From Porphyridium purpureum (lineage: Eukaryota): a stretch of 64,000 nt of DNA. Where the stretch lies: NCBI GenBank assembly GCA_008690995.1, contig VRMN01000002.1, positions 372,001 through 436,000 of the forward strand. The letters run 5' to 3'. The notes under the pieces were generated by a model, which was not told the origin of the DNA, did not search any database, and worked only from the letters and a program-made list of their open reading frames with translations. This document shows positions 44,001 to 51,761 of this stretch, piece after piece. How positions within the stretch are numbered: position 1 is the first letter of the stretch; the number at the start of each line of letters is the position of its first letter. The translations under genes and the position numbers were made by a program.

Positions 44001-44165
44001 AGCGAGCAACTGGATGCGGCTGGACGCGTGGGCGCGATATGGCTTGTGGACGTCAGTGGTCAGCCACGTTTCCGTGTGAAGCCTTTGCACGGCCCCAGAA
44101 AGAGCGAGACGGAATTTGGCAGTCGCGATGAGCTGTTCCGCTTCCTTCTTCAAATGAGCAAGTGA
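38100..44165 (+). CDS. GCN2: eIF2-alpha kinase GCN2 (RWD - kinase - HisRS-like - C-terminal domain)
   Basis: ELEVQALEAIFG RWD; LGAGGFGSVVKARNRLDGRVYAIKRI, LFIQMEFC, HRDLKPTNIF, DFG, GTFYYRAPE; LRRDFR and VARGG HisRS-like motifs; first in-frame ATG at 38100. Confidence 0.93.
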   Translation: MEEDERELEVQALEAIFGTDLKRLPNESADGGGGGGGGGAHSHHHRHAHATQHGAGKRYTVVFELVVNPDSEQEVQNPRKFPEAHQQSTHVSLLLTFRLPPDYPAKAPCKISASRRRNPSTNAFFGPTEAKVAEIRRMAADEAKKYVGVGVCVYDVVNVVREELVKINRPELDLREEMIQRQAEMQRHEQHRLQKKRTVQQAQAEQHLKREKQRASEMERMRKLEALLTNARNARKREVSERLASLPTAPSLGHSQSPPGFGLQEKRKENDHDPLQELSADDPALLLRVRADSLNKARKPDRQAKVDGTIQREPLIQAMQRQNERELNDSEDDRFSLREEDIVFDEDPSKTSRMSWSSSSSGSSTSTSTSRSNKGTKQGMSISRTSEHERDKSGTDSDADWSSASSDDDKDTTIDSDNVSSGRNVQLKGSGSASALTQPKPILHSHLRHTRAGSGSRNSLRRNVSSIATDEQDDDEKDELGSITFSDREFDQSRTSRLSTSLNDGDFLDHTMLNSLGAANFGISIESRARQALFFRQLLRAVLNMLRLGPGTLNQNQNRRIGVVAEESGLVSSPTKVAAALASILPPNVLSTSDVGKIFDPADSTRFRKEFALEISAAHASGGSIAKFWSVMLAGGSLDHGGGGIGHANASGTSHATSNHQNNRHDRRYRDTVSRALRAAANHNGRRKNSHEYNQMRRSASLATSFQISSRFKDDFLVLQKLGAGGFGSVVKARNRLDGRVYAIKRIPLTEAELNDRTILREVMTLARLTHPNIVRYHQAWLERLDEAELEHDLSNDHSTRGSSSDLTAQAQASPIIAKLFIQMEFCTSTLREFIDTVDDTGMDLWSVFRQIVEGLDNIHSRGIVHRDLKPTNIFFSESGAIKIGDFGLASIRSMEGEDEGADEPSKEAASLADKSAADHDHQKGEEVRPSNAPAEVKEDRSGDAEHHVPSHSHAKGKDRSGVLPWSQHDQTTDVGTFYYRAPEIESIVLRSGAGWGEREDGTGVNVATHVLAPAASSGTRRTARYSNKVDLYSLGVIAWELWHGPCSTEHERYQQLMTLRATALPPDELFREALPQQTRLINALMSPDPENRPSASELLTSDVYMPPRIEDDYFRDIIRQLALPGNTLRKKVLEALFSSGIGSATNVSRRMPAGSSYGGSGVSALSLASSGQLQPATLSMSDLLPQRPRLLFGCVQDRSIFQLGDLKEALVGVFVSVATQYGAHALSAPLVTPVESSAAYVSTCDGPDEASASGTGSNALEGISEYNANIQVPFLTESGEALSLRRDFRSYLARMVADGVASPVKCYQVGDAWFPSIRPSSLHQHHNQQQEPERGVAAGKQIYAPSQYGQGREVALSSSPDVTGFMLGVRGVFDLTEKSGRAGAPTADVGSTHRPSGAVFRAHATADLDFVAPNPWAPHAAEAIKAALDFSSSVLTLPHLSAGAGVGMGIGTGSSFGMNARPRFSLRLGHTRITQQVLQFCGLPAQLHAHIGGILSQTPFFGWAVTKRALLESQRISKSCVETLAPFAVLRGTPKTVIKGLVNLMQHGKGSRSGHGSSDVVASDALPATAAYLRESLEPELEGIEKGMRRPDTSKQRGNRGGGMAAATAAVQRSSKTDSKKISRALAEPLEELCACLLLLEDMNVSTEDIILDAIMCPTSCSNSRPPLPNATASSSLALGSSGSGGNAAALYDRDSNLYVERMRYPSGSYTLGSSQTSEVSGAPGSSAGDSFVRSMHPVDSASAFTAWSGCIFELVMKLGGKSAAAASTSTIASIAAASSTPASVVSGHGFGSVAGEWSVGPMPNLEDQAGFREYTEQRLQTHQKHHGHSAASFRPVLPPIVEVVARGGSWNRMVHVQQNMTQASRTNLTQRNECDTYGVTFDLEKLVSVISVAHALSVSLSGLGNMSDGFGLTQSTGSVFVYGQSRAASDEGDMSKDQRSVLGLVAELRANGVRAEYLCKSNATVSEQLDAAGRVGAIWLVDVSGQPRFRVKPLHGPRKSETEFGSRDELFRFLLQMSK

Positions 44166-44224
44166 GATGAATGCAAACACTTTGTTGTTTGCTTTGCTGC
44201 TCTATATTTACATAGGCAAAGCGT

Positions 44225-46831
44225 CTAAAGAGCACCCGAGAGCGTGTGTCTTAGTCTCCTGAGCACGCCCGGCTCGATAAATGGCGAATCCGAGCCGAGT
44301 TTGCCGGCCTCCAAATCGATTTCATCAAGGTCATCGAAGTCGTCTTCAATGGCGACCTCATACTCATGCATACCAATCGCAACAACCACTGCACCCATCA
44401 TCAGTACGTGTGCCACTATAATCACAGCCAAGCTGCCGGGACCGATCAAAATGGGAGCGCCCTTCAAAAAGGGCACAAAGTAGCCTACCACATAAGTGAC
44501 CGCACAAACCGCAAATGCGCCGCTGAATACCAGGGCCGGCCGCGTACGTGCCGTGCCTAGCTGCACCCCACCTTTAACGTTGAAGAAAAAGGTGCGCGTG
44601 CACGCAAGCGCGACGACAACTTGGCCGAGAATGACAGCGTGCAGCCCATACAGCGCGACATAGTGCAGCTCCGCCATATGCTGTAGCATATCCAGCTTTG
44701 CAAAGGCCCTGGCACCGGCGACCAACGTGCATGTCCACAAGTTCGCGCTGACAAAGGCAACCAAGATCTGCATGCTCATCTTGCGCGCCAGCAGCCGGAC
44801 ACATAAATGCGCAATCACCAGTATCTTCACAAACATCAACAAAATGGTGGCCCGCGCTACCATTGTTCCAACGCCGCTAGACCCGCCCACAAAGATGCTG
44901 GCGTCCATGACGTTGTTCAGCACGTCTTCGTGAGTGCTACGCATTGCATCCCATATGGTGGTGCTGACAGAGCTATCGGATGACTCGCTCACACCAGCCG
45001 TGCTCAGCCCCACAGATGATACCAACGAAGACAGATCAAACTGTTCCAGCGTGCGTCGCAGAGACGCGACCAACTGCTCCAACAACTTCTGAAGGTCAGC
45101 ATTTGGATCAGACTTGGCCTGCAGCTCGGCGGACAAGGCACTGACCTTCTCTGCCAGTTCCTTGCGCATCGCCTCTGCTGCAGCGGCCACGGCACGTGTC
45201 TTGGTGTTCATGTCTGCAAGGGCTCCGAGCGCTGTCTCTGTCTCGGCGAGCCGGCGGTTTGACTCTGCCAGCCGTGCTTCTAACTCTGCGAGCTTCGACG
45301 TGAGCGTTTCACGGTCCTTGTGCTCGTCTGCCATTGACTCGAGCGCAACTTGTGCCTGACGCACCTGCTGTGCGTTCGTCTCTTGTTCACTCTGACGCGC
45401 CGCCAGCTCACGGCGAGACTTTGAAACCTCTTGTTCGTGGTATTCATTAGCCAATCGCAGCGCAAGGGCACGTAACTCCTTGGCATGCCTGTTCAGCCCT
45501 TCGCCTTGCTGCGTCGAGACCTCGAGCGGGTCAGTGCTGAAAATCTTAACGATTGCAGCCTCCAGCTCATCTGTGACGCTCTGCAAGGGATGCGGCGCTG
45601 ATGCATCTGCATTGCCGTTCTCTACGCCTTGCACTGGCGTAATCTCTTGCCCGGCATCGTTGGATATATATCCTGCAGCGGATTCGACCTCATTCTTTTC
45701 ATGTGAAGTATGGCTGCGGGCGTTCATGGTGCCGGCAATATCCTCCGCCTCGACATTTTCTTTCACCGCCTTGTCAGCGGCCTCGACAACATTCTTTTCA
45801 TTGTCTGCCGGCTTGGCAAATTCCTTTCCTGCCGAGTTCTCCGCCGCGATAAGTTTCATCCCGCCTGCCAAACCAGCCGCGGATCGCGCAAACGGAATGG
45901 AAGCCGCTCGGAAGGCCTTCTTTACAGACCCGAGCAAGCCAGCGGCGTCCTGTCGCACGTCGGCAGCGGTGACAGCAATCGATGTGCGACGCGTCGCTCG
46001 TGAGACTGGCATTCCCAAAAGCGCGCCAATTGAAAGCTCGTTCGCCGGTTCCTCGCACAGGTGCTTGTGCTGTGCGGCTCGCGTCCAGAATTCGTTGACA
46101 GATACTTTAGCAGCCAAGCAAAATCCTGCCTTCTCCAGAATTTCATGGCATACATTGTGCTTCTTCGGGGCAGCTAACCCCTTCTGCAGACAGGACTTGG
46201 CCGAGTCCTCGATCATGACGACCGAAACGCTGGTCTTCTTAAAGTCCACAGTAGACAGCGCCATGCGCTCGGCATCCTCAACATCGATCACGAGCAGGTC
46301 GATTTTCTTAAGTTTGTGTTCCTGCAGTAGTGCGCTCGCAGGGACGCACTCAACCTGAATCTTCCCGTTGTCTTTGCCGACCGATGTTTTCTCGAGCGAG
46401 GAGCGCAACTTGTCCAGGTACATCGTAGGCTTCAAACCTGCTGGACAAACTGCGGCATGGACCGCCGTTGAGCGTGCACGCTTGCCCTTGCTCACCAGCG
46501 CGTCATATGCCACTTGATTTGCCTCTACTAGAAGACCGGTCCAGCCCATCGTGTCCTCGAAAAACTTGGTGTTGCTCTCTGCCACGCCATCATACGCTCC
46601 AATCTCAACAAAGGTCCCTTCCTTGCGGTCCGCGAAAAATAGCTTGTGCAGAATTTCATCGGTTTGCGGGGTCTCCATCCATGCACTGACCCCCTCGGCG
46701 GTCTTGACTCTGGCCTTGTGTGCCTTGCCGTAGTAGCGCACGGGCGCCTGCTCTGCGGTCGCAACTACAGCACTGTTTGCGGTGACGACCGCCAATGTCA
46801 GACAGCTTATAATCAACGCAAGTCTCGCCAT
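44225..46831 (-). CDS. Signal peptide + FkbM-family methyltransferase + coiled coil + ~5 TM protein (paralog A)
   Basis: FVEIGAYDGVAESNTKFFEDTMGWTGLLVEAN, IDLLVIDVED; hydrophobic N-terminus; heptad region; C-terminal hydrophobic helices. Confidence 0.85.
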   Translation of the reverse strand: MARLALIISCLTLAVVTANSAVVATAEQAPVRYYGKAHKARVKTAEGVSAWMETPQTDEILHKLFFADRKEGTFVEIGAYDGVAESNTKFFEDTMGWTGLLVEANQVAYDALVSKGKRARSTAVHAAVCPAGLKPTMYLDKLRSSLEKTSVGKDNGKIQVECVPASALLQEHKLKKIDLLVIDVEDAERMALSTVDFKKTSVSVVMIEDSAKSCLQKGLAAPKKHNVCHEILEKAGFCLAAKVSVNEFWTRAAQHKHLCEEPANELSIGALLGMPVSRATRRTSIAVTAADVRQDAAGLLGSVKKAFRAASIPFARSAAGLAGGMKLIAAENSAGKEFAKPADNEKNVVEAADKAVKENVEAEDIAGTMNARSHTSHEKNEVESAAGYISNDAGQEITPVQGVENGNADASAPHPLQSVTDELEAAIVKIFSTDPLEVSTQQGEGLNRHAKELRALALRLANEYHEQEVSKSRRELAARQSEQETNAQQVRQAQVALESMADEHKDRETLTSKLAELEARLAESNRRLAETETALGALADMNTKTRAVAAAAEAMRKELAEKVSALSAELQAKSDPNADLQKLLEQLVASLRRTLEQFDLSSLVSSVGLSTAGVSESSDSSVSTTIWDAMRSTHEDVLNNVMDASIFVGGSSGVGTMVARATILLMFVKILVIAHLCVRLLARKMSMQILVAFVSANLWTCTLVAGARAFAKLDMLQHMAELHYVALYGLHAVILGQVVVALACTRTFFFNVKGGVQLGTARTRPALVFSGAFAVCAVTYVVGYFVPFLKGAPILIGPGSLAVIIVAHVLMMGAVVVAIGMHEYEVAIEDDFDDLDEIDLEAGKLGSDSPFIEPGVLRRLRHTLSGAL

Positions 46832-47735
46832 TTTTGCTGCGTTGCCTTCACATACAAGCACGTCCTCGCTCTGTTCAATCTACTCTCAGACCCAGTGCGA
46901 CACACGCGTCTCTCAACGTGATGTGCACAACTCTACACCTGCCGAGACGTCGGAACAACAACCTTGCAGCTGTACAAAGAACTTGTAAGTTCAAAGCCGC
47001 CCTTTTTGCCCTTCTTGCAAATATTCAGCGACATACTGCAAGGCCAGGCATCGCACCGACGCATCCACGCGCCCTTTTTATGCGCGGCGCCACGACGGCC
47101 ATCACGCCGAACCAACCATCTTTGCCGTGCCCACCATCTCCAGAGTCAACGCCATCATCACGCGCAATGCCGTGCCCATCGCCATTGCGCGTGTTCGTCG
47201 CACCTGTCGCATCCAGCGCGTCCGTCACGCGGTCTTGCCGCCCTTGTCTGCTTCTGGAGCTCAATTGTCACCACACCGCGTCACCCGATGTGGACGAATC
47301 ACTGTACACTACTAAAACATACGCCTCTTCAGTAGTGTACAGTTTCCCATTCAGATTCAAGTCCGCGCGTGTCGAATCTCAATGCGCGCATTGGAGCGCG
47401 TGGCGATTGCCATGTGTGCGCGTTGTGTGGGACAAGCGAGCGATGATGAGCTTGGAAGGCATCTCAGCGCCATACACTGTCGCGCGCGTGCGACCATGAA
47501 CTCGCAAGATGGATGCGAGCGGCCATTGTCGAAAACATTCGGTCGGACTTTGGTGTCAATGGCAGACAACGGCCCTGTGTAAAGATACGTAGACGCACGT
47601 CCTAGACAATCGCTAGTCCACATCAGCCACGCACTTGGTGTGAGGGTTTAAGGAAGAGTTCACGTGTGTGTGCGACGACGTCGGCGACAGTCGTGCGTGA
47701 GGTGACGTGAACACGACGACGCAAGCGCAGCAGCA

Positions 47736-50546
47736 ATGAAGATGCCTTCGCAGATTGGGTTTAACATGCGAAACGTCCGGCTAGCCGGAGTCTTGCTAGT
47801 GCTGCACGCTGGCTGCTTTGCCGTGGCACACGCAAAGTACTACGGAAAGGCGTACCCGGAAAAGGTGCGGGACGAGTGGATTCGCGCTCCTCAGACCGAC
47901 GAAATTCTGCACCAGGTATTCTTCCCGGGGCTTCGAAATGGCAAGTTTATAGAGGTCGGCGCCTTTGACGGCCTAGCAGACAGCAACACGGCCTTCTTTG
48001 AGCGCGAGATGGGCTGGAGCGGGCTGCTGGTTGAACCATTTCCGAAACACGTGCAAAAGCTGCAGCAGAATCGCGGTAGCAGTGGCGGCAGAGGCAAAGT
48101 GTCGATTGTTCAGGCCGCTGTATGCCCGGCAGGACAAACTATTGCGCTGTATGAAGATAACCTCAAAAGCGGGGTGAATGTACCAAGCAAGGCCGACGCA
48201 GTGCCCCTGATGTTCAACTGTGTGCCACTTCAGTCGGTGCTCCAGACCCACCCCGGTCTTGAACAGGTGGACCTGCTTGTCATTGACGTGGAGGACTCTG
48301 AGCGTATGGTGCTTGAAACCATCGACTTTTCGCGCGTGCAGGTGCGCGTGATGCTTCTGGACGAAAGCAGGTCGTGCCACGTCGAAGGGATCGATGAGTG
48401 CGGAGACTATCTTGAAAGCGTAGGCTTCTGCTACGCCGGAAAGTCTGCCAGGCAAGAGTTCTGGGTGGCAAAGCGTGACCCGCAAGTTTCTCGTTTTTGC
48501 GCAGAACCCTTAACCACAATCATAATTAATGAGCTCGTGCAAAAGCGCCGAAGTGCCTCGCCTCCGGGCGGTGTGACCATGGGCTTCAGTTCAGGCGCTC
48601 AACAGCCACAGCAGCCCGCACTAGCTGCCGGATTCGACTTTGCTTCTTCGAGCGGTGCCTTCGGAGCCCCTTTGGCAACATTGGGCTTAAATCAAGGAAT
48701 CAGTTCTGCTGCCAGAGTTGGAGCTTCCCCTCCCTCATCTGGTTCCGGGCAAGTACCCACTGATGCCGGAACGTCTATGTCACTTAAGTTAACGAGCGGA
48801 TCGGGCCGTGTTTCGCATTCTGATGCTGTAGATAATTATGCACCATCGGCCGGCTCGTTTGGATCCGTTCCATTTGTTGTAGCACTCGATGATTCATCAC
48901 AAGTTCGCCCGGGTAGTTTCGGCAACATCGCCGCATCCCTTTCGGACAAGCCGTCAGCTCCTGCAGCGTTCGAGCTGGCTGCATCTGCTGATTCCAATTT
49001 TCAGTCGGCAGACGCGCTCGCGCCAGCGACGCCGTCTCTTGTATCTCAAACCGTAATGAGTACAGAGCAGATTGAAGAACTGTATGCTTCTGCCGGATTC
49101 GGAAGCAGGGCGACTTTGCAGCAAGAGCAGCAGCATCAGCAGGCGCCTTCCTTTGCCGCTCACAATTCGCTACCATTGACCGCAAATGCATGGGAGGCTT
49201 CAACACAAACGACATCTCACACCATGATGGTCGGTGAGCAAGCGCAACAGGCCGCAACTGTTCCTGTTGCATCTTCTGCTGCCTTTCCTGCCGAACCTGG
49301 CAAGGGCGCAGATCCCGAACGGGATGGCTTATTCCAAGATCTTGCACAGCTGTCGCAGAATCTCAAGATGATCAACGAGGTCGCCAGTACGCAGATGAGA
49401 GAAGTGGAGGCCGTCAAGAGTTCAATGTCGGAAATGCAAGCAAATCTGGCTTCGCAGCTCCGGGAACTCCGGGCGGCTGTCAGTGGAACTTTCGCTGCCG
49501 CCTCGCGTTCACAAGCGCCTGAGGAAGAGCATGCAGCGTCGGACCCATTGGATGAGGCGTCCCCGTCAAGTCAGTCAGTGGGCGAAGAACCAGCCACCAG
49601 ACAAGTCACCCGAAGATTGAACAGGAAGGTGTATGTTGCCGCATCAGAAGCAGATGTTCCACGTGGGGAGGCGCCAGAGCCTGTTGATGCAAAGTCGACC
49701 AAGAAGGATACGCCAGTTGACGATTTGTGGGCTCGTCGCGCTTTGCGCGGGAAAACCGCGGAGGAGCTCGGGCAAGAACACGAGCAGAAGCAGCCGCATC
49801 TTGAGCAGCCAGGACAGAACAAAGTGGGCGGGCTTCGGCGAATGGAAGAGCATTCGCCCCGCGTTGAGACGCAGCCCGCATCGCAGACAGCAACTCAAGC
49901 ACGAAGCAAGGCGCCCACTCCGTTTTCAGGCATCCTGTCCTCCAGCATGATTGCGCTCACGGTAGTCCTAGTCGTTCTGTACATCAACTTCGTCACCGAA
50001 GCTCAGCCGCGCAGGGCTGTGCTGGCCGTGAATATTGCGGGCTTTGCAGTGAGCTTGATGTTATTTGTGCTGAATCTGTTGCTCAGCAAGGGGCTGATTC
50101 CACAGTATTATCAGCTCTCGCGCCTGCCCCGCATTGTGTGGGCCTTCTACACTGTTCAAGCGGTGCTGTCGTGTGCCGGCGTGCTCTACATGGTATGGCT
50201 GCATCGCGGCCAGAAAGACGCGGAGCTCGACCGCGATCGACGCGGCGAGTTGTACATTTTCTACTTTTGCGAGGTAGCAGTAGCGTACATGGCATATGCA
50301 GGCGGCTGCTTTTTCTCCGCTGCCCCAAACTCGCTGTCTCCCTTTGGCAATCAAACGCTTTCGCTTGTGGTTGGGGTTGAGCTGCATTTGCTGGGCATCT
50401 GGGTGTACGTGATGAACCTCGCCCTCACCGCGAGCCGAGCTAACACGAAGACTTCATACTTGCCCACGCATCACAAGGTTACTGCAATCACGACCTCCGG
50501 CGCGGACGAGAAAAAGCAGCTCCAGGAAAGGTCCTTTGTGTTGTAG
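47736..50546 (+). CDS. Signal peptide + FkbM-family methyltransferase + coiled coil + ~5 TM protein (paralog B)
   Basis: FIEVGAFDGLADSNTAFFEREMGWSGLLVEP, VDLLVIDVED; same architecture as paralog A. Confidence 0.87.
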   Translation: MKMPSQIGFNMRNVRLAGVLLVLHAGCFAVAHAKYYGKAYPEKVRDEWIRAPQTDEILHQVFFPGLRNGKFIEVGAFDGLADSNTAFFEREMGWSGLLVEPFPKHVQKLQQNRGSSGGRGKVSIVQAAVCPAGQTIALYEDNLKSGVNVPSKADAVPLMFNCVPLQSVLQTHPGLEQVDLLVIDVEDSERMVLETIDFSRVQVRVMLLDESRSCHVEGIDECGDYLESVGFCYAGKSARQEFWVAKRDPQVSRFCAEPLTTIIINELVQKRRSASPPGGVTMGFSSGAQQPQQPALAAGFDFASSSGAFGAPLATLGLNQGISSAARVGASPPSSGSGQVPTDAGTSMSLKLTSGSGRVSHSDAVDNYAPSAGSFGSVPFVVALDDSSQVRPGSFGNIAASLSDKPSAPAAFELAASADSNFQSADALAPATPSLVSQTVMSTEQIEELYASAGFGSRATLQQEQQHQQAPSFAAHNSLPLTANAWEASTQTTSHTMMVGEQAQQAATVPVASSAAFPAEPGKGADPERDGLFQDLAQLSQNLKMINEVASTQMREVEAVKSSMSEMQANLASQLRELRAAVSGTFAAASRSQAPEEEHAASDPLDEASPSSQSVGEEPATRQVTRRLNRKVYVAASEADVPRGEAPEPVDAKSTKKDTPVDDLWARRALRGKTAEELGQEHEQKQPHLEQPGQNKVGGLRRMEEHSPRVETQPASQTATQARSKAPTPFSGILSSSMIALTVVLVVLYINFVTEAQPRRAVLAVNIAGFAVSLMLFVLNLLLSKGLIPQYYQLSRLPRIVWAFYTVQAVLSCAGVLYMVWLHRGQKDAELDRDRRGELYIFYFCEVAVAYMAYAGGCFFSAAPNSLSPFGNQTLSLVVGVELHLLGIWVYVMNLALTASRANTKTSYLPTHHKVTAITTSGADEKKQLQERSFVL

Positions 50547-50745
50547 TATTACTTTGTAAATGAGTCTGACATTGGCACTTTTCATTCTGCGCATCCGCCT
50601 GAGCGGAGTTTCCACTTCTCCTTTGTCAAGCTCAGGATGTACCCGCCGGGAATCGAGAATGGGCTCATGATAGACTCGAACCTCGTCGTCGATGTTCGGC
50701 ATGAGAAAGTAAAGGGACGCCAAATACATGTATGTGCCCATGGAT

Positions 50746-51534
50746 TTACGTCGTACTTCTTGAATTAAGCGGCTTGGAGATGGCCGAGTTAGGCACCTGC
50801 GCTACTTGAAGCGAAAAGTACACATTCCACCAGAACGAGCAGCAATTAGCAAAGATCACGCGGAAGTCGGGCGTGCCTACATAGTAGTTGAGAAAGTTGC
50901 CCGGGATCCAAAAGTAAGCATTCTTCTTCCAAAGCGACATGAAACTTTCCCGGTATCGCGCTGAAATCTCGTGCGGCTTCTTCCGGTTCAGCAAGCAGTC
51001 GTATAGAAGAAAGCAGGCGATACATATCGGCTCGAGCGTGACCTCTTCGAAAATCGACTTGACTAGCGAGCCGGCAAACGAGTCGCCCGGCGCGTACTCG
51101 TGCATGAACATGTACCACAGGTGCAAAAAGGGGCCCATGAATCCAAAGCCGTATGAACCGAACTTGAGGGTTCTTTTCAGTGAATACGCCGTGTTCGGCA
51201 CCAGCAGTTGCGCCGAGATATCAGCGCACGAGAAAATGATACCAGCAGTGACTGCGCGCGCGAAAAGGGGCAACTTGATGAGCACGCGCGTGTACCACTT
51301 GATTCCCATCCGCGTCTGTCTGCGGAGGGCGCGAAAGTAAGGCAGGAAGTGTGGCCAAAGGAGCACGAACACGACGAGCGCGACGGACGTGCCTACCCAC
51401 AACCAGAACAGCGAGTTGTGCTGCGCATCGTCGCGAGCACCCACCACGTGCGTAGAGATCTGCTTGTCCTTGTCCTTGTCCTTATCCTTGCCGCTCGCCG
51501 CCGGTGGGATCAGAGACATGTTCCGCGCTTTCAT
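50746..51534 (-). CDS. Mpv17/PMP22 family membrane protein
   Basis: TAGIIFSCADISAQ, RTLKFGSYGFGFMGPFLHLWY, FWIPGNFLNY, FWWNVYFS. Confidence 0.88.
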   Translation of the reverse strand: MKARNMSLIPPAASGKDKDKDKDKQISTHVVGARDDAQHNSLFWLWVGTSVALVVFVLLWPHFLPYFRALRRQTRMGIKWYTRVLIKLPLFARAVTAGIIFSCADISAQLLVPNTAYSLKRTLKFGSYGFGFMGPFLHLWYMFMHEYAPGDSFAGSLVKSIFEEVTLEPICIACFLLYDCLLNRKKPHEISARYRESFMSLWKKNAYFWIPGNFLNYYVGTPDFRVIFANCCSFWWNVYFSLQVAQVPNSAISKPLNSRSTT

Positions 51535-51761
51535 CGCGCGACCGCTCGCACTCCACCAAGCACACCGCGCTGTGCAACAGGCGATTCCGAGGCAGACCAG
51601 CCGCACATGTCCATCACGGCGCGCCCGATGTCTGTCTAGTAAACTTGGGCGGTTTTACTCTGCCGAACGAATTAGCGTGTCTAACGAGAAGAGAGATAGC
51701 GACAGAGAGAGAGAGAGAGAGAGAACGGACAAACGTAAGTCGAGGCAGTTTTGGTGTGGTG

